A stretch of DNA of 63,952 nt, the filler included, from Reclinomonas americana ATCC 50394 (Eukaryota), in NCBI GenBank assembly GCA_048213135.1. It is 13 parts of 13 records of this genome, joined end to end, with 100 filler letters (N's around TTAATTAATTAA, not from the genome) between each part and the next. Parts side by side here need not be neighbours in the genome. Positions count along the whole stretch, not along the records: positions 34,213 to 43,625 come from AFZH01021667.1; positions 43,726 to 45,331 come from AFZH01021668.1; positions 45,432 to 55,141 come from AFZH01021669.1; 10 more parts are not named here. One strand, 5' to 3'. The notes under the pieces were generated by a model. It made no database searches. It was not told the DNA's origin and was given only the letters and a program-made list of their open reading frames with translations. Both the position numbers and the translations under genes were made by a program. Below are positions 38,893 through 53,800 of the stretch, piece after piece (within the stretch, counting starts at the first letter, position 1; each line of letters starts with the position of its first letter).

Positions 38893-41800
38893 TTACGCTG
38901 GCGGCGGTCGTGGTGGCGGATCGTCACCTGTGTGATGTGTGCGAGGGTGAGTGTGACGGAAGACAAAGCATTGCAGTCGCTTTGAATCAGACCGTCAGGC
39001 TCCACCAGTTCTGCGAATCGCGCAGGTGAGCACGCTGCACTTCTCTCCTCACATTCATCAAGTGTCACTCACCAATGGCGTGCTTCCGTCCTTCGTAGTG
39101 CCCGTTGCCGTCTCCGTTGATGGGAGCTACTGTTGCAAGCACGGGTGAGTGGACGAGCAAGACAGGTGGTGGTCACGGGTTGTGCGTCACACACCGGTGG
39201 TGGTTCGACGTCGCCGCTCGGCAAGCACTGCGAGGTGCGCGGGATTGGAAAGACCGGCTTCCTCGTCGACGGGATTCGGGGCTCGCTTGGGATCCGCCGA
39301 CAGGAAAACGCCATCGCCGCCTTCGTCGTCGTCGTCAGCTGCTGCCTTGCGTCGCGGATGATGGACTGGGCGATGATGAGGGCATGTGAGTGGGGTGCTA
39401 AATGGGAAGGCGAGAGACTGGATAAAAAAAGGTCACCTTGCATGAGAATGGATCGTTTCTTCATGCGACGCTGGCGGATGCACTGGCGGATCGGGTGGAA
39501 GAGCAGGCTGAAGACGAGAATGGCGATGGCGACCATGTTGACGACAAAGAGCACAATGTCGGCGGGGATGGCGAAGTGGACGTTCTGTGATAGGGGAAGG
39601 AGAAGGGGAAGGAGAAAGGGGGAGGAAGGGTCAGCGATAGGCATATTTTGAAGACATTAAACGCATGTAATACATAGCGCCCATGAGAGCAACGCACGGA
39701 TGGTTCTCAAGCTGCATGGACACAACTCACAGATACAGAGAAGTGCACACCGGTAATACACAAGGAGCAAACGAATCGCACTGATGCCACGTACGCACCA
39801 CACGGACAACACAGGAATTGCTTGACTCACGAAGAGCAACAATTAATGTGATTCAGCACGCCAAAGACGCAACGTGATAGACAAGTGCAACACAGAAATG
39901 ATACCGAGCACAGCGTAGCGCATGTGATAATGTAGAAGTGGACAACAACGGACAGCTGAATGCAGGTTGCAAACTAATTGACGCACAACCAGCACCAAAC
40001 ACTCTCACTACCTTGTCGTCTGCCCACAACTCACGTTCTTCAGCATCGCATAAATGGAGGCATTGATGGTGTTGGCAGTCTTGGCGGCAATAATCATCAC
40101 GTCCTCCCATGTCTCCGAGAAGGGGCGGACGATGATATAAAGAAGGGTGAAGCCGGCGAGAATGGCGGCGCCCACAATGCTCTGGGGGAGGCGAAGTGAG
40201 AAGGGAGACAAGAGGAGAAAGGAAGGCGAAGAGAACGGAGATAGCAAAAAGAGAGAAAGCGAATAGAGTGAGAAGGGAACAAGAAAGAAAGACCAGAGGG
40301 AAACAAACGAGAACAAAGAGAAGGAGAGAACAGAGACCAAGGTTTATGAATCGAGAATATGGAGAACAGAGGGACACGAACGACAAATGAATAAACCGAC
40401 AAAAGACGGAACAGACGAGAAGAAGAAGTGAGAGGAGCAGAGAAGAAACAATGAGGATGAAAAAAGGAAAGAAAGCAGCCTAAGCAGAGAAAGAACAGAG
40501 GACGAAAACAGACAATGAGGAATGAGAACAGACAGCAAGGAACGAGAACAGAGGGAGTACAGAGTGGAAGAGAGTACCGAGAAGAAGAGAGAACAGACAG
40601 GAAGGAACGAGAACAGAGTGGGAGAGAGAACATATTGGAAGAGAGAACAGAGTGGAAGAGAGAACACAGTGGAATAGAGAACAGTGTGGAAGAGAAAACA
40701 CAAGAAGAGAGAACGGGGAGGAAGAGAGTGCACAAGAAGAGAGAACGGGGAGGAAGAGAGTGCACAAGAAGAGAGAACGGGGAGGAAGAGAGTGCACAAG
40801 AAGAGAGAACAGAGAAGCGAGAACCGAGTGCAAGAGAGAACAGAGTTGAAGAGAGAACAGAGTGGAAGAGAGAAAAGAGTGGAAGAGAGAACACAGTGGA
40901 GGAGAGAACCGAGAAGAAGAGAGAACAGACAGGAGGGAACGAGAACAGAGTGGGAGAGAGAACAGAGTGGAATAGAGAACAGAGTGGAATAGATAACAGA
41001 GTGGGAGAGAGAACAGAGTGGGAGAGAGAACAGAGCAGAAGAGAGAACAGAGTAGAAGAGAGAACACAGAGGAAGTCATAAGACAGAGGAAGAAAGAAGA
41101 GACAGGGAGAAAACGGAGAGGAAGAGAGAACAGACGGGACGAGAAAGAACAGAGAGTTACACGAAGAACCAGATGCAAGTTACTCTCTCCCTTTCCCTCA
41201 CATCCTCTCCCTTTCCCTTTGCACCCTCTCCTCTCACACACCTGAATCCCGCTCTCCGTTAAAATGTAAATGGTGACCACGAGCAGCACAAAGCTCTCGA
41301 GCAGTTGCACCTGCTTAAAGTAGCGCATCTTGCGCTCGTATGGCGAATAAAGATACGACGACGGACTGCGCCATTTCTGCACTGTGAGCAGGTATTTCTC
41401 CTTGCTCGACTGCGAGGGGAGTGAGAACGGGACAGCAGAAGAGTGCGTACATCTCCTCTGGCAAAATCACCTGTTGCATCTCCGCCAGTCGCGTCTTCGC
41501 GTGCTCGTACTCGGCGGCGGTTTGATTGAGTACATTGGACGGCGCACGCTGCCGTCGCTGATGACGGAACTTGACACGCAGCTTCTTCAGCTGCGTCTCC
41601 ATGTCGGCAATGAGTTCGTCGTCGCGTAGCAGACCGCTGGCGAGCATCATCTTGGGGTGTGACTGTGTGGAGGAGTTGAGTATCACACGCAAAGGGGGAA
41701 GACATTGGCAGCGAGCGCACCCGGTGCACGAGGTATCCGAAAAAGACGGGAATACCGACGACGTAGAGAAGGCCAAACACCCACGAGAGGATCCACACCA

Positions 41801-44800
41801 CAGACACGGAGCCGCCGGTGTATCTGGTGAAGAGACGTGGTGAGTTAGGCTGAGTTGGGACTCACTGGTGACAAACAGCGGACGCAACGGACACGGGCTG
41901 TCCCAGTTCTGCAGCGTGGTTCCACTCTGGTTGCACTTGAGCGTTGCCAGCAGAGTTCGGCAGATGGGCAGGTAGGTGATGGTGATGAGGAAAAGCGCAA
42001 GTCTGTTGGAGGGCAAGTGAGAATCAGAGGAAGGGAGAGAGAAGAGGGAAACAGAGAGAGGGAGAAAGAGAGAGGGAGAAAGTGGGAGGGAGAAAGTGAG
42101 GGAGAGAGGGAGGATGGGAGAGAGGAAGGGAGGAAGAGAGAGGAAGAGAGAGGAAGAGAGGAAGGGAGGAAGAGAGAGGAAGAGAGAGGAAGGGAGGAAG
42201 AGAGGAAGGGAGGAAGAGAGAGGAAGAGAGGAAGAGAGGAAGAGAGAGGAAGAGAGAGGAAGAGAGGAAGGGATAGGAAGAGAGGAAGTGAGAGGAAGAG
42301 AGGAAGAGAGAGGAACAGAGAAACAGAGGAACAGAGTAACAGAGTAACAGAGGAACAGAGTAGCAGAGGAACTGAGTAACAGAGTAACAGAGGAACAGAG
42401 GAACAGAGGGACAGAGGAACAGAGGAACAGAGGAACAGAGGAAGAGAGGAAGAGATGAAGAGAGGAAGAGATGAAGAGACAGAGAGATGAAGAGAGAGAA
42501 GGAGAGAGAAGGAGAGAGAAGGAGAGAGAGAGAGAGAGTCATTGGTGGAGCACAACAAGAAATCGTGAGGCAAGCAGGACAGACTGCGAGAGCCTGTCGC
42601 TTATAGCAGCGTCTGTACAATGCCAAAACGCAACAGTGGCCAAGGTGCACCATCTCTTTCTGCTGAACCTTTGCGTTTCATCTTTCGCTAACTCGCTGAA
42701 AGTGACATTCTGCTCTTTCTCTCCGTTATCTGTTCCCGCTTACGCCGACTTCAACATTGACCCTCTTCGTGCACACTCTCAGCCTTATCTTCCTCCCTTC
42801 CCTCCGCCAACGACCTTCTACTCTTGTCATTCTCGCGTGACCTCCTAGGCAAGACCTTGCTATCCTCTTTCCCCATTCTGTCTTCTCCATTCCGCCTTCC
42901 CCATTCCGCCCTCCCCACTCCGCTTTGCCAAGCCCCTTCCACCTCACACCCTCACCTCTTGCGGAACCGAATGTACACATCATGCCAGAAGGCAATCTGG
43001 CGATACTTGCCGTAGAACGTGAAGGCGTTGAGGACAAAGAGGGCCGTGAAAACCGAAATCACTCCCGCAATCACAAAGAACCAGCCCCAGCCCTCGCTGC
43101 GTGGACCAGTGCCCGAGGTGATGCTGCGTACAGGCAACGTGAGTCCAATCATCGCACAAGATTGGGACCACACTCCGACGCAACTTGGTCCACGAGGCGT
43201 GGTCAATGGCCACGAATGCCACGGCCGCCGACCCGATCATCAACACCGTCCACACAATGGCGGTGACGGTCATGGTGCGCCAAATGTGGTCCACGTACCA
43301 CACCTTCCAGCGGTCGTAGTTGAAGCGCACGACGTACGCACCGAAACATAAAATCGGGAAGCCCATGGTGATGCCGTACTTGAGCCATTGGTGGTCAATG
43401 GCGATTTGCGGCCAAATGACGTCGATGGAGAGGTTAATGTTGGAGACCCAGGAGGCGACGGCGACCCAGCTGGGTGGCCAGGTGATGTTCCAGTTGATGT
43501 CGAAGATGAGGAGGATGGCCAGGATCTGGGAAGGGAGGGCAAGGGGAAGGGATGTGAGAGGGGGGAGAAGGGATATGAGGGGAAGAAAGAGAAAAGAAGA
43601 GAAAAGAAGAGAAGAGAAGAGAAGANNNNNNNNNNNNNNNNNNNNNNNNNNNNNNNNNNNNNNNNNNNNTTAATTAATTAANNNNNNNNNNNNNNNNNNN
43701 NNNNNNNNNNNNNNNNNNNNNNNNNGAAAGAGGGGAAAGAGGGGAAAAGGGGGAAGAAGGGAAGAGGGGGAAGAGGAGGGGAAGGAGGGGAAAGAGGGGA
43801 AGAGGGAAAGAGGGAAAGAGGGGAAAGAGGGAAAGAGGGAAAGAGGGAGAGAGGGAAAGAGGGGAAAGAGGAAAGAGTAAGAGAAAGAGGAAGAGGTTTG
43901 CACCACTCACTGCGTTCCCTCACTGCGTTCCCTCACTGCGTTCCCTCACTGCGTTCCCTCACTGCGTTCCCTCACTGCGTTCCCTCACTGCGTTCCCTCA
44001 CTGCGTTCCCTCACTGCGTTCCCTCACTGCGTTTTCCTCACTGCGTTTGCTCACTGCGTTTCACTCACTGCATTCTGCTTACTGCACTTTCTCTCTGTAT
44101 CCTGCTCACTGCATTTTCTCTCTGTATCCTGCTTTGCATTCTCTTCCCTGTGCCCTGGCTTACCTGAAAGAATCCAATAAAGATCTCGCCGCGAACAAGC
44201 AACGTTCCGAGCCCAAACATGACCGCACGACGAAGTCGCAACACGTGCTCGAGCATGGCCAATGCCGCTGCAGCACAGAAAATTCAGCATGGGAGATATT
44301 GACAACGACACCTCGTCTCACACATCTCACCAACTGCAGTGTGCGACTGCTCAACGTGCGAGTACGACATGGTTGGCTGCGCGTATACTGTGCCTGCTAC
44401 CGATGCGCCGCGCATGACAGCCGCCTGTAATGCAGAGAGTGAACATCTTATTGACATGCTTCTTCAAAGTAGAGGTGGACGCAACACCCATTTCACCGCC
44501 GACGCGGTCTTCGGTTTCGATGAGACTACGCAGTGTTAGTCGCGTGTCCTTGCTTCTCTTGCAATACTCGTTCCACAGTGTCAGTGCGTTGTTCCTACGA
44601 AGAGAGAATAGTGAGACGCATGATCGCCGATGAGACTCATGTACACAACGCAACGTTTCTTCATCGTCAATCATCTCGCCGTCCAGTTCCAACAGTGTCG
44701 GCAGCTGACTGATGAGCAGCAGGCGGAACTCGGGCAATGTGTCGGCGACAAAGTTGCCTTGGCGGATCTGCAGGAGCAAGTGGTGAGAACACACACGCTG

Positions 44801-47800
44801 AAAACCCACTCACGTTCTTCCACTCACCCACAGACGACGCGGACCAGCACGGTCACGCGCGTACTCTTCGGTGAGTTCGCCAAGGGCCATCATTAACGGC
44901 CAGAAATGCGCCAGCTGCAGCTGGTGGTTGCGCAGGTCAACGTCGGTGACGTCGTTGGGACCGATGCTGAATTTGGAGAGGTAGTCGAGGGCCTCCCATT
45001 GGTCGTCGGTGTAGGGCTTCGGGTTGAGGATCTCGTCGCATTTTTCGAGGGCGCGGAGGCGGCGGAACACCGCGCTACGAAGAGGGGATAAGGGAGGAAA
45101 AGAGTGAGGAGAAGAGTGAGGAGAAGGGAGGAGAAGAGAGGGGAAGAGAGGGGAAGAGAGGGGAAGAGAGGGGAAGAGAGGGGAAGAGAGGGGAAGAGCG
45201 AGGAGAAGGGAGGAGAACGGAGGAGAAGAGTGAGGAGAAGGGAGGAAAAGAGTGAGGAGAAGGTAGGAGAAGGGAGGAGAAGGGAGGAGAAGGGAGGAGA
45301 AGGGAGAAGAAGGGAGGAGAAGGGAGGAGAANNNNNNNNNNNNNNNNNNNNNNNNNNNNNNNNNNNNNNNNNNNNTTAATTAATTAANNNNNNNNNNNNN
45401 NNNNNNNNNNNNNNNNNNNNNNNNNNNNNNNGGGAGGAGAAGGGAGGAGAAGGGAGGAGAAGGGAGGAGAAGGGAGGAAAAGAGTGAGGAGAAGGGAGGA
45501 GAAGAGTGAGGAGAAGAGTAAGGAGAAGGGAGGAGAATAGTGAGGAGAAGAGTGAGGAGAATAGTGAGGAGAAGAGTGAGGAGAATAGTGAGGAGAAGAG
45601 TGAGGAGAGACAAGGAGAAGCAACCAGGAGCAAGAAGAAGCAAGGGGAGGCAAGGAGAAGCAAGGAGAAGCAAGACGAAGCAAGAAAAGCAAGACGAAGC
45701 AAGAAAAGCAAGACGAAGCAAGAAAAGCAAGACGAAGCAAGAAAAGCAAGGAGAAGCAAGAGGAATCAGTCTGGGAGCTGCTTCTCTTCTCGCCCTTCGC
45801 CATCACGAAACTTGCTGTATGATCGAGCTTCTCGCAGACACTCTGTGTCTGGACAGTGTGCCCACAACTCGCGCAGCTCGTGGCATTTTTGCAGCGGAAT
45901 GGTCACTGCTTCAATGGAGGTGAAGCGGTTGCGGTCGACGGCTAAACCACGCAGTTTGGGCAATTGATCGAAACCTTGGCCCTGTGTGGTAAGATAGGGA
46001 GTGAGCAAGGGAATTCAAGAGAAATGTGAGTGAAGAGAAGGAATGGGCAAGAGATGAGAGTAAGAGGACCATGCAGGACACACACACACGCAGAGAGGTG
46101 AGAGTGGAGAGCGGAGAACCAAGTGAAAGGGAAGAGAGGAGATAAATTAGAAAACAGCGCACGAGGCATCAGGGAAGTTGGAGCAAAGAGCAAATTGAGA
46201 GGAGTGTGAAAGCAAAATGGGAGAGAAGAGAGTGAGATCGGTGAGAAAATGATGACGGTCAATGGAGAGCATGATGATAAACGGAGAGAATAGAGTAGAA
46301 AGGAAAAATGAAGCAAGTGAGAGGGTGGAGAAGCAAGTGGAAAGAAAAGAATGGAGGAAAGAGGCGAGGGGAGAGGTTGAAGAGAGTTTCTGTTCTGTTC
46401 AGATTACCTCCAGAGTTGTCAAGTGATTGTTCGACAAATCCAAATACACCAGCGACGTGAAACTGGCAATGCCAACCGCGCTCTGCATCTCGTAACCCGA
46501 CATGCGTGCCGACTGCGTCACCAACGCTTGTCAGTACAAGGGCATGACTCACTCACGCAACGGAAACGCAACGTCGGTATCCAGAGTGATTCCGTTCTGG
46601 TACTTGATGGTTTCGAAGCGCAGCTCCTCCACCAACTCGGCAGTGGCTCCTCGGCGCAGCTTCGTTGCAGCACACTGCATTGATGAGGAGGAAGAAAGCA
46701 CAGACAACAATCAGTGAAAGAGAACCAGCGTGTGCGACTCAGCGAGAAAAAGAGAAACGAATAAGAACACAGACAGGACTGAGTGAAAGAAATGAAAAAG
46801 GTCCACTTTGCATCTCGAAGAGAGAAAGAGAACGCGCATTCAAATCACTCTCGCTCGCACGCGAGACCGGCGGAAATCACGCTGGTTGCACAGTGGCGAA
46901 AGCAGGAAAATACATGCTCATCAATCTGCATCCTCGCTTCCCTTCCATTCTCAGTTCCTCTTTCAACAGAAGAGTGAGGAGATCTCCACTCTTTCAACCC
47001 CTCCCCAGTTAGCACGCAACTCGCAGCGGAATGGTCACTGGCTCATGGTTCAGGACGGCAAACGGCGACGACGGACGGAGAATGGCGTCAAGACCACGCA
47101 AGAACAAAAGAAGGCCGCGCAGCCCGAGACGCGACTTGAAACACCGATTGCCTCTCACATTGAGGTTCTGTGGAGGACATGAGATAGAGATCACAGAAGG
47201 GTGGTGCTCTGCAAGGAACGCAACTCTCAGCTCAAACAGCTTGTTCGCCACTCGCCAAACAGCGTCGGCATTGACGATGCGGTTGAATGAAAGGTCGAGA
47301 AGCTCGAGATGAACACATAGATCGAGACTGGCGACTGCACGCACAAACATCTCATCAGCTAGTCGGCAGTTCACACCAAAGATCACAATACACGACGCAA
47401 CATTCGAGTGATGTCGATGTGATGAGATTGTGCGACAAGTTGAGTTGACGGAGTGCGCGAAAATCGGTAAAATTGAGCCACTCCAGACTGCAGCGCTTCA
47501 GGTTGAGCGTTTGCACGGTGGAGAGATCGGTTTGTGGCGCGTTCTCCGAGGCGTTGAGCTGATGAGAGGAAAGGAGGGAGAGGGCATATGGAATGAGTGG
47601 TAAGATCTGCACCATCAATCTTCTCGATACCTCATCAACTTCTCCATCGGATCTCATTCAATATCTTATCCTCACTGCGGCGCCTGTCTTCCTCCACTCT
47701 TCCTCTCACTCAACACTGAGTCCAACAATTGATTGCTCTTCAACTCACTCACTTCCCTGTTTCTCACAAGTCACCGTAACTCTCAGCACTCTTCCTCTCA

Positions 47801-50800
47801 TTCAATCAGTACTGAGTTATTGAAGGAGTTACCTTCAATCACCCTCTTCACACAGTGTCACTCAAATATCCAACGCTTCTCTCACACTCACATAAACCTG
47901 AATAAACAATCACATCAATTCAATTCAGCGTCCATGTCCTCATTCTTGCTTCCGCCACTCTTTCTCTCACTCAATCCTACTTCCACGATTATGTCGCTCT
48001 CAGCCAGACACTCACTCTGCACTTCCCTGTTTCTCACAAGTCACCGTAACTCTCAGCACTTTTCCTCCCTCGCTACGCCACCCGCACACACTCTCTCAGT
48101 CAATGTACTGCTTCCGTGCCCTGTGACATAAGAATCCTTTCTTTCATGTCGCCTCCTCTCTCAACATGGTGAGGATGCGCGTGGGGGTGAGCGTGAAGAC
48201 AAATATTGCACTCAGTTTCTCTTCGTTGTCCTCGCAAGACGTCACTGCAGCCTTCTCTCTTTCTTTACGCTTTCCCTCTATCTTTCTCTCTACCCCGCCT
48301 TTTCCCTCTAGCCCCCCTCTCCACTCATCCTTTCCCTCTATTACCCTTTCTCTACCCACCCTTCCCTCCATCCCCCCTGTCTACTCACCCTTTCCCACTA
48401 TCCCACTCTCTACCCACCCTGTCCCTTTACCCCGCCCTTCCCCGTAAATCACCAATCGAAACACCGTGGCATTGAAGCGAAACTTCTCCGCATCCGACTT
48501 GTTGTTGGCCTGCATCACCCGCGCCAACTCATCCAACGTAATATCCTCCTCGTCGATGCGATACAGCGGGCACTGCATCTGGCTCAATTGCGGCAGCGAC
48601 TCGAGGAGGCGCACGCGGTAGTCCTTGAAGAGATTGCCGCTGACGCCCAGCACCTCCAGCAGCGGCAGCATCTCGGCCAACTGCACGATCTCGGCCATTT
48701 TGCGCAGCCGATTGTCGCGCAAGTCGAGAGCGCGCAGGCGAGTGAGGGCGTGCAGGCCGGTGGCCTGCAGCGTCGCCAGCTTGTTGCCGCGCAGCAGCAG
48801 CGTCTCCAGCGACACGAAACCACTCAACTGAATCGTCTCCAGCCCCGCGCATCTCAGGTCGAGTTCGCGCACCGTCTCGAATGCCACCGCACCCGCGTGC
48901 GACACCAGTCGGCGCTGGAGGATGCAGCGGAAGCGGTAGTCGTTGGGGTTCTCTCGCGGCGCCGAGGAGCGCGCAGCAATCGACATTTTCTCCTCGATGG
49001 ACACTTGGTGGTCGACCACCACCAGGCTGCTGTCGACGCGCTGCAGCGAGGGGAGAAAGTTGAAGAGGCGGGTGCGCATCTTGTGCAGCGGGGTGGAGCA
49101 GGGATTGCCGCGAAAGGCAAAGACGCGAATGTCGGGGAGGCTCTGGAGGAGGCGGCCGATTTCGGAGAGGGCGTCGCGGATCTCGTTGCTGCAGACGTCG
49201 AGGACGGCCAGGTGTTGACATTGGTCGAGGTCGAGGACGAGGATGCTGGTGAGTTGGTTGTGCGAGAGGTCCAGGCGTTCCAGGTTGAAGAAGTCCCCAA
49301 AAGTCTGCAGAAAAGGAAGGGAAAGGATGAGGGTAAGGATGGGGAAAGGGGAAGGATGGGGAAAGGGAAGGGTGGAAAGGGGAAGGGTAGAAAGGGGAAG
49401 GATGGGAAAGGGAAGGGTGGAAAGGGAAGGGTGGAAAGGGGAAGGGCGGAGAGAGTGGAGGGGGTGGAGAGGGTGGTGAGAGTGGAGAGGGTGGAGAGGG
49501 TGCAGAGGATGAAGAGGATGGAGAGGGTGGAGAGGGTGGATAGAGCGGAAAGAGTGGAGGAGTGGAGAGAGTGGTGAGAGTGGAGAGGGTGGAGAGGGTG
49601 GTTAATGAAGAGATTGGTGAGGGCAAAGAGTGGAGAGAGTGGAGAGAGTGGAGAGAGTGGAGAGGGTGGAGAGGGTGGAGCGGATGAAGAGGGTGGAGAG
49701 GGTGGATAGAGCGAAAAGAGTGGAGGAGTGGAGGAGTGGAGGAGTGGAGAGGGTGCAGAGAGTGGAGAGGAGGAGGTGGAGAGAGTGGAGAGAGTAGATA
49801 GAGTGGATAATGGAGAGAGTGGAGAGGGGGAACGGGTGAAAAAAAGGTCGACAGAATGAGACGGTGAGAGGGCAAGAGGTGAGAGAGTGGAGAGAGTGGA
49901 CATCGTGTAAATATGGAGAGAGTGGAGTGAGTGGTAACGGGTGAAAAAGGGTCGAGAAAATGAGAGGGTGGAGAGGGCGGAGAGGGTGGAGAGAATGAAG
50001 AGGGTGGAGAGGATGGAGAGAGTGGAGAGGGCGGAGGAGGTGGAGGAGGTGGAGAGAGTGGAGAGAGTGGAGAGAGTGGAGAGGGGGGTACGGGTGAAAA
50101 GGGTCGACATAATGAGACTGCGAGAGGGCAAGAGGTGCGAAAATGATGTGACGGGGATTGTAGAGAGAGAGAGCGGAGAAAGTAGAAGTGGAGAGTGTAG
50201 ACGAGGATAATATGATCACACAAGATTGATACCCGAAAGGTAAAGAGACTCAAGTTAATGGGGGATGTCCTCGTCCTCTTTCTCTTTCTTTTTCTTCGTC
50301 GTTGTCTTCTTCTTCCTCTGTTCTTTGCCTCCTGTTTTATCTTCCTTCTTCTTTCTCTTTCGCCTTTCTTATCTTCCTGTTCTTGTACTTTTCTTCTTCC
50401 TCTCCTCTGGCTGAAACTTGTTTGACGTGCTGTGGTGTCGTGAGTGACGCAACGCAAGAGCTGGTCAACTGGCAGTTGCGCAACACCAGCTCCTTCACCA
50501 TGGCGGCTTGGTATGGAGTGCCTGGTGCCACGAGACGTGGGTCGTAAAAACGTGACGGTCCCTGATGAGCAGACTGTGTGAGTGCGTGTAATGAACAGAG
50601 ATGAGAACGCACTCGAAACGCAACGTCGACAATCTGTGACAACACGTGCAGTTGTAGTCGGTACTTGTTCTGCTCGGTGGCCGTGTGGCCGTGGAGAGCC
50701 AGTGCCTGCACTCGCTCCTCGCATGTGACGATGACCTGCTCAAAAAAGGATCAGCGGCATCAATATCTTTCTCTCGTGGCGACAAACACGCACATTGTCG

Positions 50801-53800
50801 ACGGCGCGCAGTTTCGGCAGCTGGAAGAGCAGGTTGGAGATCACGCTGAGGCGGTACTCGGTCAGTGCGGCCTGCATCTTGCGGCTCTGCGAGGTGTAGT
50901 CGGTCGGGTTGGCACACACCAGGAGGTGCTCGATGGCGGGGCACTGGGCGGCGTCGCCGACGACGCGAGGGAGGTGCAGGCGGGGGTTGCCCATGAGGTT
51001 GACGTAGCGGAGTCTGTGGGGGAGGGAAGGGATGAGAGGGGAAGGGATGAGAGGGGAAGGGATGAGAGGGGAAGGGGGTGAGGGGAAGGGGGTGAGGAAA
51101 AGGGGTGAGGAGGAGGGGGAAAAGGGCGTGAGGGAGAGAGATGGAAAGGAGAGAGATGGAAGGGACGGAAGGGAAGGCAGGGGCGAGGGAAAAGAATAAA
51201 GGGAGAGGTGAGACGACAGAGCGAGAGACAGCAACAAAAAACGGGAAGAAAAAGTAAGCGAGGCGAGTAAGAGACCAAAAGCGGCAACAAGAGGAACGAA
51301 GACCAGAGAACGAGAGGACAAGACCACCGAGTGATAAGATGAGCGCAGAGCGAGGAAGAATAAGGAGAAGAATAGAAAAAGAGAACACAACGAATAGAGA
51401 GGGACAAAGAGGGATGAGATGAGAGATCAGAGAAGCAAAGAGACGAGCGGGACAAGCCAACGTATGTCACAGAGTGAGAGACATGCAGAGAGAGAAAAAG
51501 AAGAGAAGGACACAGCGAGATTAACCGAGCGCGAGCGAAGTGAGTGAAGCACAACGAGACGAGAAGAACAAAAGGAGAGGAGAAAAAAAAAAGACAAGCG
51601 ACAATAGATACGGGAGGAACACAAAAGAGAAGGGAAGCAAACAATGCAACAAGAAGAACGAAGCCACGACAAGAGTACAAATGAGAAAAGAAACGACGCA
51701 AGAGAAGAAATGAACATAGGAAATGAAGAGAAGAACCCGCAGAGAGGGGGAAGAGAAGGCCGCTGAGTGGGATGAGATAGCGTATGTAACGAAGAAGAGA
51801 GCACGAAAGAAAAAGCAAAGAACACAGAAAACGAAGAAAAAAACGCGCAGAGTGAGAGAGGGGGAAGAGAAGACCGCTTTGTGGGATGAGATAACACATG
51901 GAACGAGAAGAGAGCACGAAAAAAGAAGCGAAGAACACAGAAAACGAAGAAAAAAACGCAATGAGAGAGAGAGGGAAGAGAAGGCCGCTTAGTGGGACGA
52001 GATAACACATGGAACGAGAAGAGAGCACGAAAGAAAAAAAGAACACAGAAAACGAAGAAAAGAACGCACTGAGAGAGAGAGAGGGAAGAGAAAACCGCAG
52101 AGGAAGCGCAGAAAACAAAAATCGAATAGAAGAACACAGAAGACGATGAGAAGAACACATAAATGAAGAGAATAGCACGTAAACGAAGAGGAGGACAGGA
52201 AAAATAGAAGAGTCGAAAGAATGCACGATGCCCGTCTTCTCAACCGTTTCCCTCTTCCCATCCCCTTTCCCTCCTTTCACCCTTCCCTCTCCTCACCTCT
52301 TGCACTGATGCATCCCCTGCACATGCCGCAAATTATTCTGACTCAAATCCAACAACTCCAACGCATGAAACTCCTCCACATCGGCAAACTCCAGCTGCTG
52401 CTGCACGAGTGCCAGTGTCTTGATGCGGCGCAACCAGCCCGGCGTGCGCACCTGCAAATGTCCGTAGAATCCAATCAAGGCAAACTCCCACCGCAACCGT
52501 TCCACTGCCGCGTGCGACTCCCGTCCCGGCGCGCTGGCCACGCGCATCTTGTCGCCAATCGACAACTCCAACCCGTCGAGTGTCACCAATCCGGGCATGC
52601 GGTTGGAGCCAATGAGACGCATGGTGCGGTACACGACTTCGTCGCGCACATTGTCCATGTTCAGCAGCGGATTGCCGGCGATAAAGAGGTGGCGGAGGCG
52701 CGGAATCATGCCCAGCACTTTGAGGTTGTCGGGCGACGCCTCAATGTCGTTGTGCGACAGGCGCAGAGTGGTGAGGTCGCCGCACTTTTCCAGTCCGGCA
52801 CCGGCGAGACGCTTGATGCGATTGTGTGAGAGGTCGAGGCGTTGGAGGCTGGTGAAGGAGGGGACGTGGAACTCGGTGAGTTGGGCGTGGGTGAGGGTGA
52901 GTTCGACCACCAGTTCTGGGCGCCACACCACCATGCGTAACGGGAGGGAGTTAAGGGGGGAGGGTGGGAGGGATGAGGAGAGGAGAGGGCGGAGGGATGA
53001 GGGTGAGAAAAAAGGATATCTGAGGCTTGGAGAAAGTTGGAGACGGCCAGGTCCCAGCGGATGAAGCCGAGGTAGGGGCGGTAGGGGGAGTCGTGTTTGC
53101 GGATGGCGGTGCACTGCGGGGAGGGGGGAAGGGAAAAGGGGAAGGGGGTAAGAGGGAAAGGGCGATGAGGGAGAAGGGCGATGAGGGAGAAGGGCGATGA
53201 GGGAGAAGGGCGATGAGGGAGAAGGGGAAGGGGAAGGGGAAGGGGAAGGGAGAAGGGAGAAGGGAGAAGGGGATAGGGGAGAAGGGGAAGGGAGAAGGGG
53301 AAGTGTTGGAACTTTTGTTCCCTACCCAGATTTCCTCATTGACGGTCACAACAAGAACGGCCCCTGGTGACCGGGTGACGGGTTTCTCGACGGAGCAAGG
53401 GTAACGGGTCAAGGGTAAAAGAGTAGAGAACAACTATAAAGTCACACTACAAGGGCAAGGTATAGAAAAGACGGGTAGGGAACAAATGATCTAACAGAAG
53501 GGCGATGAGGGAGAAAGGAGAAGTGAGAAGGGAAAGGGAAAAGGGAGAAGGGGGAGGGTGAGGAGGGGAAGAGGGGAAGGGAGAAGGGGAAGGGAGAAGG
53601 GGAAGGGAGAAGGGGAAGATGAGTGATTGTGTTGTTTCTTCTTGGGTCCCTTCTGTACTTTTGATATTGCATTCTGCGTCTTCTGCTCATTTGCTGCCTG
53701 TTTGCTTTTCCTCTGCTTTTGTCTCGCTATTATCATAAGTCTGATCTTTGTCTCTTTCTCGTGTCAGTCGACAACTTTAATGGCGCTGTATTTGACTCTC

